DNA from: Alphaproteobacteria bacterium | Lineage (GTDB): Bacteria > Pseudomonadota > Alphaproteobacteria > JAAXGF01 | NCBI GenBank assembly: GCA_046758065.1 | Contig: JBHHZM010000001.1 | Location: 7,822-71,821 of the forward strand | Direction of reading: 5' to 3' | DNA length: 64,000 nucleotides | Notes under the pieces: model-generated | Database searches by the model: none | The model's input: only the letters and a program-made list of their open reading frames with translations | Told to the model about the DNA's origin: nothing | Made by a program: the position numbers and the translations under genes | Shown: in pieces, positions 32,600-41,819 of the stretch | Numbering within the stretch: the stretch's first letter is position 1 | Layout of the letters: each line of letters starts with the position of its first letter

Positions 32600-32697
32600 A
32601 GCGGACAACCAACTCGATCGGGAAGCTCTGAGGGGCTCACGATTTGTTTACTGGACTGATCGGTCCGGAATAGCTATATCGGCTTCATCGCACATGG

Positions 32698-33300
32698 ATG
32701 AAAGAGCTTCCGGTAATGGCGCGGCCACGGGAATTCGACGAGAACGAGGCGCTCGCCCGGGCGATGCAGGTGTTCTGGAGCAAGGGCTACGAAGCGACCT
32801 CGCTCTGCGACCTGATCGAGGCCATGGGGCTGTCGAAGAGCAGCTTCTACGACACCTTCGGCAGCAAGCACGACCTCTTTCTCTCGGCCATAGACCACTA
32901 CAACGAGACCGTCGCCTCGCGTCGCGTCGCCGGCGTGATCGCCGACGCCGAAAACGTGAGGGCCGGAATCGCCAGGGTGTTCGCTGGTGTCGTCGACGAC
33001 ACGGCGGCGGGCGGCGAACGGCGCGGCTGCTTCATCAACAACTGCGCGGTCGAGCTCGCGCCCCGCGATAGCGCCGCCGCGGCTCGGGTGAGCGCCGGCT
33101 TCGCCCACATGGAAACCGCGTTCTTCGAGGCGGTGCGGCAGGGGCAGGCGAGCGGCGAGATCGGCGCCGGGCGCGACGCGCGGGCGCTGGCGCGCTATCT
33201 GACGAGCAGCCTCAACGGCGTCATCGTCATGGCCAAGGCCAACGCCGACCGGGCGGTGCTCGATGACGTGGTGCGCGTCGTGTTGGCGGCGCTCGATTGA
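32698..33300 (+). CDS. TetR/AcrR family transcriptional regulator
   Basis: An N-terminal TetR HTH is present (ATSLCDLIEAMGLSKSSFYDTFGSKHDLF). Confidence 0.85.
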   Translation: MKELPVMARPREFDENEALARAMQVFWSKGYEATSLCDLIEAMGLSKSSFYDTFGSKHDLFLSAIDHYNETVASRRVAGVIADAENVRAGIARVFAGVVDDTAAGGERRGCFINNCAVELAPRDSAAAARVSAGFAHMETAFFEAVRQGQASGEIGAGRDARALARYLTSSLNGVIVMAKANADRAVLDDVVRVVLAALD

Positions 33301-33370
33301 TGTTTTTTGAATTATCTGGACCGTTCGGTCTTGAATTGTGAATGAAATGGCAAACGAAAGGAGAGGGACC

Positions 33371-33517
33371 ATGCAAAGCGATTACAGCACGCCCGCAAGA
33401 CCGCTCCGCGAGCGGGCCGACCGGGAGACCGAGACGACCCTGTTCATGCTCAACTGCTACGACATCTGGAGCGCGTCGCAACCGGCGCGATTCGATTGCC
33501 GGACAGCGGGAGAATGA
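33371..33517 (+). CDS. Small hypothetical protein (48 aa) absent from the ORF track
   Basis: A strong Shine-Dalgarno sequence (AAAGGAGAGGG) lies 5 nt upstream of the ATG. GC3 is about 75%, higher than the overlapping 68-aa ORF at 33342. It sits between tetR and the AhpD-like gene. Confidence 0.35.
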   Translation: MQSDYSTPARPLRERADRETETTLFMLNCYDIWSASQPARFDCRTAGE

Positions 33518-33588
33518 GCCCCGCTTGTGCGAATACACCGGCGCATGAACCTGACCCAATCCAAAGATAGAGACAAGGAGCCAGACTG

Positions 33589-34149
33589 ATGACCAGCTTT
33601 TCGATCCACACGCCCGCAACCGCGCCTGAGGCGGCGCGGCCGATTTTCGACGACGTCAAGGGCAAGTTCGGCTTCGTGCCCAACCTCATGGGCGCGCTGG
33701 CCGAAGCGCCGACGGCGCTTGAGGCCTACGTTACGCTGTCCGACATATTCGCACGGTCGTCACTCACGCCGGCCGAGCGCGACGTCGTCACCATCGCGGT
33801 GAGCGCCAAAAACGGCTGCACCTACTGCGTCGCCGCGCACTCGATGAGCGCGGCCATGAAGAAGCTGCCCGAGGACGTGATCGCCGCGCTGCGCGACGGC
33901 CGGCCGATCGGCGATGCGCGGCTCGAGGCGTTGCGCCGCTTCGCCGAAGCGGTGGTCGAAAAGCGCGGCTGGGTGACCGACGACGACGTGCAGGCGTTCC
34001 TCGCCGCCGGCTTCGGCCGCGCCCAGGCGCTCGACGTCGTTCTCGGCGTCGCTTTCAAGACGCTCTCGAACTACGCCAACCATCTCGTCGGCACCCCGCT
34101 CGATGCGGCGTTCGCTCCGCGCGCGTGGCAGCCGCGCAAGGCCGGCTGA
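33589..34149 (+). CDS. Carboxymuconolactone decarboxylase / AhpD-like family protein
   Basis: The AhpD core CxxC motif is present (AKNGCTYCVAAHS). A good SD (AAGGAG) precedes the gene. Confidence 0.85.
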   Translation: MTSFSIHTPATAPEAARPIFDDVKGKFGFVPNLMGALAEAPTALEAYVTLSDIFARSSLTPAERDVVTIAVSAKNGCTYCVAAHSMSAAMKKLPEDVIAALRDGRPIGDARLEALRRFAEAVVEKRGWVTDDDVQAFLAAGFGRAQALDVVLGVAFKTLSNYANHLVGTPLDAAFAPRAWQPRKAG

Positions 34150-34200
34150 AGTTTCGACGCACGGCCCCATCATGGAGACGTCACTATGATCGACCTCTAA

Positions 34201-34343
34201 CAGGCTGCTGAAAAAGTGCTGTCGCTCGCCCTCCTGCTTCGACACGCTCAGCATGAGGGCGAGCGAATCCAAGGGATTGACCTCACCCTGAGCCCGTCGA
34301 AGGGTGAGGCCTCCCCCACTCTCAATACTTTTTCAGCAGCCTG
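34201..34343. repeat. 143-bp nested palindromic element between convergent genes (possible bidirectional terminator or MITE-like element)
   Basis: 17-bp terminal inverted repeats (caggctgctgaaaaagt / actttttcagcagcctg) enclose two further hairpins (gtcgctcgccctc/gagggcgagcga and cctcaccct/agggtgagg). Confidence 0.5.
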
Positions 34344-36872
34344 CTAATGCCCGCCGACGAGGGCGATCCCGGTCGCCTCGGAAGTGGCGAGCGTCAGCGC
34401 CCGCATGTCCTCGGGCTCGAGGTTGTGCAGCTTGGTCTTGCCGGTGCAGCGCGCCATCATCGACGCCTCGCCCGAGCTCGCCTTGATGATGCCGGCCACC
34501 GCATGGGCGCGCTCCTCCTCGGTGCGGTCGGCGCTGAAGCGGACGCCGTGGTCCGCGGTGATTTCACCGCCCGCGGCGAGCGCCGCCGCGACCCCCAGCA
34601 CCGCCGCGACGCAGCCCAGCCCGATCACCTTGGCCGCGTCGGTGCCCGAACGCACGCCGCCGAAATAAACCAGGTCGATTTCCTCCTCGCGACGGATGCG
34701 GCGGAGGATGCGTATCGTGTCGCGCAGGATGGCGAGATCGGGAGAGGCGGCGAGCTCGGCCCCGGACGCGCCCAGGCGGGCGCTGCCGTCGAGCAGCAGC
34801 ATGTCGAACCCGGCGCCGAGCGCGTAGGGGATCGCCTCTTCGAGTGCTTGCGGCGAAGAAACCGCCAGTCCCAGGATCTGATCGTCGTGAAACCGCCTGA
34901 CGTCGAGCGCGGCGAAGCGCTCGCCCGGCGCGTAGATCAGCGCGGCGGCATTGGCGCTCGGCGCGGTTTCGCCCGGCGCCACGAGCTGCAACCAGGGAAC
35001 GTCGTCGCCGATCGGGCGGACGCCGATGTAGCCGCAACCGCTTTCGGCCAGACCCAGCGCCACGCCCCGGCGCACGTCGTCGGGCGCGTCGTCGAAGCCG
35101 GCGACGAAGAAGGGCTGCGGCAGCGCCATGCCGCCGCCGATCTCGGTGCTCACCTTGCAGGCTTCGCGATAGGGATCGATGACCAGCCGAGACAGGTTCG
35201 CCGGCAGGAAAACGAGATCGTCGAGGGTCGCCGGGCGGTCCTCGGGGAAGGGATTGTCGCGGGGTCGGAGCCGCTTCGCCAGCATCGCCGCCTGTCCGGC
35301 GTGATCGCCCGGGTTGGTGCGCGCCATGGCGAAGATGTCTTCGCGGTGATGCACCGCGTAGTCGGCCGAGCCGGTCTCGGCGTCGCAGCGGTAACAGCGC
35401 GCCGTTTCGCGGCGCGCGGTTTCCCAGTCGTAGGTGGCCTCGATCTCGGGAAAAGCTGCCGGATCCTTGCCCAGGCCGAAGAACTCGGGGTGATGCATCC
35501 CGAGTTTTTCCCAGAGCGGGTCCTGCGCGACCGGAACCCGGCGCGTCCGATAGGGCGTGCGATAGGGCAGCGGATCGTCGCGACCGTCGAGATAAGCCTT
35601 GATGTAATAAGCCGCCCGCTGGCCGTGATGCATCGCCATGACGATGGTCGAGCCGCCGAACGCGCCGTCGCCGGCCGCGAACACGTTGGCGTCGGGCGTC
35701 GTCATGCCGTCGAAGTCGGCGCGCACGCGATCGGCGCCCATCAGGCCGGCGGCGTCGAGGTCTTGGCACGCCGCGTACTGCCCGACCGCCGCGATGACCA
35801 TGCCGCAGGAGATGACGTGCTCGCTGCCCGCGACGTCTACCGGGCGGCGGCGGCCGTCGGCGTCGGGCTCGCCGGCTTCGGTGCGGACGCAGTGGAGTGC
35901 GAGGCCGTTGCCCTGCTGCGAAACCGAAACCTGACGCGTGTTGTAGATGAACTCGATGCCTTCCGCGATCGCGCCTTCGAGTTCGATCTTGCGCGCCGGA
36001 ATTTCCTCGGGACCGCGGCGATAGAGCACCTTGACCTGCGCGCAGCCCGGCAGTCGCCGGGCGACCCGGCAGGCGTCCATCGCCACGTCGCCGCCGCCGA
36101 TGACGACGACCGTCTCCGGCATCTCGGGGCGTGCGCCCGCGTTGACCCGGCGCAGGAACTCGACCCCGTCGACGATGCGCGGGTCGTCCTCGCCGGGGAT
36201 GTTCATGCGCTTGCCCCACCAGGCGCCGATGGTGAGAAGCACGGCGTCGTGCCGCGTCTTGAGCTCTTCGAGCGTCACCCCGGCGCCGAGCGCCGTGTTG
36301 AAGTGGAAATGAAGGCCCGGGCAGCGTTTGGTCAACCGCTCGATGTCTTCGTCGATGATGCCGGGCGGCAGACGGAACGCCGGGATTCCCCAGCTCATCA
36401 TGCCGCCGGGGCGGTCGGTCATCTCGTAGACATGGACCTCGAAGCCGGCGACGCAGAGATCGTGCGCGGCGACCAGCCCGGCGGGACCGGCGCCGACGAC
36501 GCCCACCGTCTCGTTGCGCGTGATCGCCGCCGCCGGCGGCTCGTAGTCGCGACCGAGCTTGTCCATGACGAAGCGCTTGAGATTGCGTATCTGCAACGGA
36601 CCGTCGCTCGCGGTGCGCCGGCAGGCGGGTTCGCACGGCGCGTCGCACACCCGGCCGCAGATCGAGCTGAACGGATTGGTCGCGGTGATCGCCTCGAACG
36701 CCTCGTGGAACTTCCCTTCCCAGATATAGGCGATGTACGAAGGCGCGTCGGTGCCGACGGGACAGGCGACCTGGCACGGCGCCGGGACGAAGTGGGGATC
36801 GGCGGTGTCGTCGGCGAAGTCTTCGGGCGCGAACGTCTCGGGCGTATCGTCGGGCATTCGATCGTCCGGCAT
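34344..36872 (-). CDS. GltD-like NAD(P)H-dependent FAD oxidoreductase (glutamate synthase small-subunit family) fused to a C-terminal glutamate-synthase FMN-domain-like TIM-barrel region
   Basis: The N-terminal part has a 4Fe-4S cysteine pair plus dinucleotide-binding motifs (VGVVGAGPAGL, VVVIGGGDVAMD). The C-terminal 360 aa or so resemble the distal half of the GltS FMN domain (LLLDGSARLGASG ... VYFGGVRSGTDAAKVIGLGC). Confidence 0.8.
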   Translation of the reverse strand: MPDDRMPDDTPETFAPEDFADDTADPHFVPAPCQVACPVGTDAPSYIAYIWEGKFHEAFEAITATNPFSSICGRVCDAPCEPACRRTASDGPLQIRNLKRFVMDKLGRDYEPPAAAITRNETVGVVGAGPAGLVAAHDLCVAGFEVHVYEMTDRPGGMMSWGIPAFRLPPGIIDEDIERLTKRCPGLHFHFNTALGAGVTLEELKTRHDAVLLTIGAWWGKRMNIPGEDDPRIVDGVEFLRRVNAGARPEMPETVVVIGGGDVAMDACRVARRLPGCAQVKVLYRRGPEEIPARKIELEGAIAEGIEFIYNTRQVSVSQQGNGLALHCVRTEAGEPDADGRRRPVDVAGSEHVISCGMVIAAVGQYAACQDLDAAGLMGADRVRADFDGMTTPDANVFAAGDGAFGGSTIVMAMHHGQRAAYYIKAYLDGRDDPLPYRTPYRTRRVPVAQDPLWEKLGMHHPEFFGLGKDPAAFPEIEATYDWETARRETARCYRCDAETGSADYAVHHREDIFAMARTNPGDHAGQAAMLAKRLRPRDNPFPEDRPATLDDLVFLPANLSRLVIDPYREACKVSTEIGGGMALPQPFFVAGFDDAPDDVRRGVALGLAESGCGYIGVRPIGDDVPWLQLVAPGETAPSANAAALIYAPGERFAALDVRRFHDDQILGLAVSSPQALEEAIPYALGAGFDMLLLDGSARLGASGAELAASPDLAILRDTIRILRRIRREEEIDLVYFGGVRSGTDAAKVIGLGCVAAVLGVAAALAAGGEITADHGVRFSADRTEEERAHAVAGIIKASSGEASMMARCTGKTKLHNLEPEDMRALTLATSEATGIALVGGH

Positions 36873-36873
36873 G

Positions 36874-38823
36874 TCAGCCGGCTTTCCGCAGCGTCTGCTC
36901 GCGATACTCGGGCGCGTAGGGCAGCCGGGTGATCGCCGCGGCTTCGGGCGTCAGCGCGACGAGGTCGTCGCGGTTGAGCCGGGTCACGTCGTCGTAGCCC
37001 AGCGCCCGGGTCAGCGCGGCGATCTGCCAGCGTACGCCCTCGAGGAAACGGTGGATGTGGCGCGCCTCGATCTGCGGCTTGTAGCGCTTCTCGTGTTCGG
37101 GATCCTGGGTCGCGATGCCGGTGACGCACTGGCCGACGTGACACTGCATGCAGGCGATGCAGCCGCCGGCGATGATCGTCGAGGTGCCGAACGCCACCGC
37201 GTCGGCGCCGAGGCAGAGCGCCTTGACGGCGTCGACGCCGTCGCGCAGCCCGCCCATGAGGACGATTTCGATCTTGTCGCGGCAGCCGATCTCGTCGAGC
37301 GCGTCGAGCGCCTCGATGATCGCCGCGATGGTGGGAATGCCGACGTATTCCATGACCTCGGCGCCGCCGGCCCCGGTCGAGCCCTGCATGCCGTCGAGCT
37401 CGACGAAATCGAAGCCGTCCTTGACCGCGATCTTGATGTCGTCGCGAATCCGCCCCGCCCCGAGCTTGACGCTCACCGGCAGCCGGTAGCCCGTCGCCTC
37501 GCGGAACTCCTCGACCTTGATGACCAGATCGTCGGCGCCGAGGATGTCGGGGTGGCGCGACGGCGAGCGCAGGTCGATCCCGGCCGGAATGCCGCGGATG
37601 GCGGCGAGCTCCTCGGTCACCTTCTTGGCCATGAGCTGGCCGCCGAAGCCGGGCTTGGCGCCCTGGCTGATGTAGATTTCGAGCCCGTCGGCGCGATTCA
37701 TGTCGTGGATGTTCCAGCCCAGCCGGCCGCCGAGGCACTGGAAGACGAGCTGTTTGGCGGCGTCGCGCTGGGCGTCGCTCATGCCGCCTTCGCCGGTGTT
37801 CTCCGCGATCCCGGCGAGGCTCGACGCGATGCCGATGGCCTGTTTGGTCGAGCGGCTGAGCGCGCCGTAGCTCATCGGCGCGATCATCACCGGCATCGAG
37901 AGATCGAGCGGCTTGGCGCCGTTCTTGCCGCCGACCAGGGTGTGCATCCGGACCTGCGAGACCGGGTCGGCCGCCGCGCCGGCGTGCGAGACGTCCCTGC
38001 GGAAGGCGAGGTCCGAGAGATGCGGCAACTCGCGCGCGCCGCCGTAGCCGCGGACGCGATAGCGGCCGGTCTGCGACTTGATGTGGATGTCTTCCTGAAC
38101 CTTGGCGTTCCAGTAATCCGACGCGCCCGAGAAGGCGAAGAACGGCATGCTGCGGACCTGATGTTCGACGGTGCCGTATCGCAGCTTCTTGCCGGCGTTG
38201 ACGAGTTTTTGGAAGCGGCCCTTGAAGGCGATGCCATAGCGCTCGAGGAATTCCCTGATGCTCTCGATCTCCTCGGCGGCGATGTCGGTCAGCATGGCGT
38301 CGGAGCCGAGCTCGCGCAGGTTGCCGCCGACGAAAATCTCGCCGCCGGTCATGTCCTCGCCGACCCGCTCGCCGGAATCGCCGAGGATGATGATGCGCCC
38401 GCCGTACATCATGTAGCCGGCCATGAAATTGGCGTTGCCGGCGCAGCACAGCGTTCCCGCCTTCATCACCTGACCGGCGCGCGAGCCGATGTTGCCGTGC
38501 ACCACGACCTCGGCGCCGCGGATGGCGACGCCGGCGATCGCGCCGGCGTTGCCGCCGACCACCACCGAGCCGCGGTACATGTTGTCGGCGAGTCCCCAGC
38601 CGGCGTTGTTGTCGATGACGAAGCGCGGTCCGTCGGTCAGACCGGCGCAGAAATAGCCCGCCGAGCCGCGCACCCGCACGGTGATCGGATCGGCCAGTCC
38701 GACGCCGATATGGTGGCGCGCGTCCGGGTTGACGACCTCGACGTCCTCGCCCCGGGCGCCGCAGGCGCGGATGATCTCGTTGGCCTCGCGGACCGGAATT
38801 TTCGCCAGGTCTAGCGTGACCAT
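36874..38823 (-). CDS. Fused GlxC-GlxD homologue (glutamate synthase GXGXG domain plus FMN-binding glutamate-synthase domain)
   Basis: The N-terminal 230 aa carry GXGXG-domain repeats (GSAGYFCAG ... VVVGGNAG ... VVVHGNIG ... LCCAGNANF). They are followed in frame by the FMN/central domain (QGAKPGFGGQL ... ELDGMQGSTGAGG ... IVLMGGLRDGVD ... CIACMQCHVGQC). The start ATG at 38823 overlaps glxB by 13 nt. The Arg-rich 297-aa N-terminal extension in the track is rejected. Confidence 0.8.
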   Translation of the reverse strand: MVTLDLAKIPVREANEIIRACGARGEDVEVVNPDARHHIGVGLADPITVRVRGSAGYFCAGLTDGPRFVIDNNAGWGLADNMYRGSVVVGGNAGAIAGVAIRGAEVVVHGNIGSRAGQVMKAGTLCCAGNANFMAGYMMYGGRIIILGDSGERVGEDMTGGEIFVGGNLRELGSDAMLTDIAAEEIESIREFLERYGIAFKGRFQKLVNAGKKLRYGTVEHQVRSMPFFAFSGASDYWNAKVQEDIHIKSQTGRYRVRGYGGARELPHLSDLAFRRDVSHAGAAADPVSQVRMHTLVGGKNGAKPLDLSMPVMIAPMSYGALSRSTKQAIGIASSLAGIAENTGEGGMSDAQRDAAKQLVFQCLGGRLGWNIHDMNRADGLEIYISQGAKPGFGGQLMAKKVTEELAAIRGIPAGIDLRSPSRHPDILGADDLVIKVEEFREATGYRLPVSVKLGAGRIRDDIKIAVKDGFDFVELDGMQGSTGAGGAEVMEYVGIPTIAAIIEALDALDEIGCRDKIEIVLMGGLRDGVDAVKALCLGADAVAFGTSTIIAGGCIACMQCHVGQCVTGIATQDPEHEKRYKPQIEARHIHRFLEGVRWQIAALTRALGYDDVTRLNRDDLVALTPEAAAITRLPYAPEYREQTLRKAG

Positions 38824-39716
38824 GTGTCGTAGCTTCCCGGCGGCGGCTCGCGGGTGTCGAGCGCCTGGCCCGGGAACAGGCGGTTGAGCGAGACCTCTTC
38901 CGAGGCGATGGCGATGAGGTCGTCGTTCTCGTACATGATCATCGGCTTGGCGGCGAGACGGTCCTTGGCGTAGCCGATCTCGTCCTTGGTCGAAACCAGG
39001 AAGGAAAAGGTGCCGTCGAGGTCGTCGATCGACTGCCCGAGCGCCTGCCTGAGCGCCACGCCGTGGGCCAGCTTGTCGGCGAGGTAGACGGCGATGAGCT
39101 CGGAATCGTTGTCGGTGGTGAACTCGAAGCCGCGGCGCTCGAGGCGGCGGCGCATCTTCCAGTAGTTGGTGATCTGGCCGTTGTGGACGATGGCGACGTC
39201 GGCGAATCCGGTCGCCCAGAAGGGATGCGAGGCTTCGGGCTTGACCTCCGATTCGGTTGCCAGCCGGACGTGACCGAGCCCGTGGGTGCCGCGGTAGTCG
39301 CCGACATGATAACGCGCATCGACGTCGTGGGCGCTGCCGACGTCCTTGAGGATTTCGAGGCTTTCGCCGATCGACACCACCTTGGCGGCGTGCTCGACCG
39401 CGTAGGCGAAGCGCTGGAGATCGCCCGCGATGCGCACCACGGCGCGATAGACGTCGCCGACGTGTTCCTCCTCGACGATCTCGGCGTCGTGGTCGGCGAG
39501 CACCGCGCGGATGCGGCGCACCGTCGCGTCCGCTTCCCCGCCCCGGCCGACGAAAAAGCGCAGCATGAGCTCGCCGTCGCGTTCCTCGCCGTAAAGCGCG
39601 AAGCCGGTCGAATCGGGGCCGCGGTGCTGGCAGCCGTCGAGCATGTCGATGAGCGCCTTGCCGGTCGCGAGATTGCTTCCGGCGTTCTTGAACAGGATAC
39701 CGGCGATGCCGCACAT
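38811..39716 (-). CDS. glxB: Class II glutamine amidotransferase domain protein (GlxB / glutamate synthase domain-1 homologue)
   Basis: The N-terminal nucleophile Cys (MCGIAG) and a Ntn GATase_2 fold are present. It is the first gene of the glxB / glxCD / gltD-like operon on the minus strand. Confidence 0.85.
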   Translation of the reverse strand: MCGIAGILFKNAGSNLATGKALIDMLDGCQHRGPDSTGFALYGEERDGELMLRFFVGRGGEADATVRRIRAVLADHDAEIVEEEHVGDVYRAVVRIAGDLQRFAYAVEHAAKVVSIGESLEILKDVGSAHDVDARYHVGDYRGTHGLGHVRLATESEVKPEASHPFWATGFADVAIVHNGQITNYWKMRRRLERRGFEFTTDNDSELIAVYLADKLAHGVALRQALGQSIDDLDGTFSFLVSTKDEIGYAKDRLAAKPMIMYENDDLIAIASEEVSLNRLFPGQALDTREPPPGSYDTWSR

Positions 39717-39924
39717 GATGTCTTCCTTCCCGGCGCGCTTCGCGATGGCCGCAGATTAGCCCCGGCGCGGCAATCTTTCAATGTCTGAATAAATGTTTCA
39801 TGTCAGGAATATAACCGCCCCATCGCCCGCGCATGCACGCCGGCTCACAGCTGCGGCTAAGATCGATGAGCGATGATCCGGGTTGAGATCGGCGCGGGGG
39901 AACGTCCGGATGACGGTTGCCGGA

Positions 39925-41451
39925 TCAAAGTTTCCAGCGACGAGCGATTCTTTTCTTGCGGTCTTTAATAGCCTTTTCCACCTTTTTTTTATACGCGTCG
40001 ATGGTGCCAACCCGACGTTTCGCTTCGCGGGCCAACTGAGTGTCCAAGCGCAGGTCCACGGCCTCATCCCCGAGATCCCACTCCTTGTTATCGGGCTCGA
40101 TCCCGAGGTTCCATTCGATCGAAGCGGCGACCGAAAGGTAGGGCGCCTCCGTAAATTTCTCGAGGTGGCTGCTTTCAGCAGGGCCCTCCCCCTCAAGATT
40201 GGCCCATTCGCCAGAAAACGCAAAATGAGGCAATTTTATAGATAGATATTTTTTACATGAAGCGGGCGTTACGAATTCGTAATAATCACTCCATTTTTCT
40301 TCCGCTTTAAATAGCTTAGTAAACTCCTTTTCTTTAAAATTAAAAAAACCTAATGGATAATTGTCCAATTTCGTAATGCAGGAATCCCAATAAGTAATAG
40401 GATATGACATAGCACGAGCATTAACTCGCACCTCGAAGAAATTGCCATCCTTTAACTGCCCTCTAAAAATGAGCGCATGGCATATTTGAAAGGCAGCCCT
40501 GGGTGGCTCACTCTCCCCAACCGGAACGATGGTGAGCCAGATTTCGCGGACTCGCCGGGCTGTCACGTCTTTCGCCTCTATCACGCCGTCCGGAAGGTTG
40601 CGAGGATTACGATCGTAACGGTCGAACGGGGGATGTGTGCCTTTGAGAATCACGGTGGCATCTTCGACAATGAACCGCGCTGATGCCAAGACGTCGCCCA
40701 TCACCTGATAGATCAGGATGCCCGGCACCCAGCAAAGGTCGTCTAACCCAGAATAGGATTGATCATGGATATAATCAAATTCACCGTAACGACTATCTCC
40801 GGGATCAATTCCTATAATTGTTCCTTCTTTATCGAATAGAACACTGTTGTTCATTATGAACGAAAAATATTCATCCAGAGAATATTTTTTCGCAACCCAA
40901 TCGCACATGCCGCGCAACATGTCGCTGATGGTATGGCACCATTCCGCTTCGCTGCTTTGGATACTCTTATCCGCGGACAGATAATCCGTACCTTCAAAGA
41001 GTCGGAGAAGAAATGCATCTTCTTGCTTGTCAAGCGCCTTGGCCGCCTCTTGCGCAATTTTAATATAACCACGCGTACTCTGGGTAAGTTTTCTCCTTCT
41101 TTCTTTTTTCTTTTCTTCCGGAAGATCAGAGTCGAGCGCATATTGTGGCAGACGCTTGGTCGAGTCTTCCGGTTTGCCGTATCCGGCGGCATGTAAAATC
41201 TCCGATTTTCGGATGCCGCCTCGCTCGACTTGTTCAAGGATGGCCCAGAGATTCTCGGCGACAACCCCTCTCTCTCGGGGTTTGTTCATTCGGGGACGTT
41301 GTTCAAGGGCTGCCTTCAGGCTCTGACGGCGCTGGTCCTGATATGCGGCGTGTTGCTTTTCTTCTTCCTCGCGCCGTTTAGCCCTTTTTGGGCGTTCTTC
41401 CGGCGTGGACGAACCATGACGCGAGGAAAAGTCGATAACGTTGTCGGTCAT
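39925..41451 (-). CDS. Hypothetical protein (508 aa) of unknown function in the low-GC islet
   Basis: The N-terminal 60 aa are a charged K/R/E-rich stretch (PEERPKRAKRREEEEKQ). A globular region follows that I cannot assign to any family. The AT-rich codon usage is foreign to the host. The ATG at 41451 overlaps the upstream gene's stop (ATGA). Confidence 0.6.
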   Translation of the reverse strand: MTDNVIDFSSRHGSSTPEERPKRAKRREEEEKQHAAYQDQRRQSLKAALEQRPRMNKPRERGVVAENLWAILEQVERGGIRKSEILHAAGYGKPEDSTKRLPQYALDSDLPEEKKKERRRKLTQSTRGYIKIAQEAAKALDKQEDAFLLRLFEGTDYLSADKSIQSSEAEWCHTISDMLRGMCDWVAKKYSLDEYFSFIMNNSVLFDKEGTIIGIDPGDSRYGEFDYIHDQSYSGLDDLCWVPGILIYQVMGDVLASARFIVEDATVILKGTHPPFDRYDRNPRNLPDGVIEAKDVTARRVREIWLTIVPVGESEPPRAAFQICHALIFRGQLKDGNFFEVRVNARAMSYPITYWDSCITKLDNYPLGFFNFKEKEFTKLFKAEEKWSDYYEFVTPASCKKYLSIKLPHFAFSGEWANLEGEGPAESSHLEKFTEAPYLSVAASIEWNLGIEPDNKEWDLGDEAVDLRLDTQLAREAKRRVGTIDAYKKKVEKAIKDRKKRIARRWKL

Positions 41452-41819
41452 TGCCAGAGCCTCCGATGCCTTTGCCGCCAGCGATTCAACCGGCCGGGGC
41501 TGTGCCGCGGACGACGGCGTCGCGCCCGTTGGCCATGGACATGCAAGACCGTGACGATATGGCCGGTCTCTTCGCAGCGAATCACCACGAGGTTTGCGGC
41601 CCGCTCGACCAGACCGGGCGCATAGCCATCCGCCATAAGGGATGCGGTCTTCCGGCGGCTGATCTGCATCGAAATGCATCCGCGCCCCGCATTCAGCTCG
41701 ATGTCGCCGTGTTCGTCGATCAATTGTACCGCCTCGGACGGGATTCCGCGCTGTTGAAGCCGCCTGAGCGCGTGCCGCGTCATATGCGAGTGAGCGTTGA
41801 AGTATTCCATGTCCTGCAT
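41448..41819 (-). CDS. DUF4258-like small protein (toxin-like family), first gene of the islet operon
   Basis: MEYFNAHSHMTRHALRRLQQRGIPSEAVQLI ... GHIVTVLHV fits the DUF4258 pattern (F..HA..Rm.eRgI ... iITV) as I recall it. Confidence 0.55.
   Translation of the reverse strand: MQDMEYFNAHSHMTRHALRRLQQRGIPSEAVQLIDEHGDIELNAGRGCISMQISRRKTASLMADGYAPGLVERAANLVVIRCEETGHIVTVLHVHGQRARRRRPRHSPGRLNRWRQRHRRLWQ

Noticed and set aside
32599-32698. Possible TetR operator (imperfect palindrome around ggactgatcggtcc) upstream of tetR
   Set aside because: The symmetry is imperfect and it is not distinguishable from chance by eye.
34347-38814. 861-aa and 693-aa plus-strand ORFs antisense to the gltD-like and glxCD genes
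   Set aside because: They are antisense artefacts. The coding strand carries clear glutamate-synthase family domains.
39798-40223. 141-aa minus ORF at the 3' end of the islet
   Set aside because: It overlaps the C-terminus of the 508-aa protein in another frame and has no start context. It is likely spurious.
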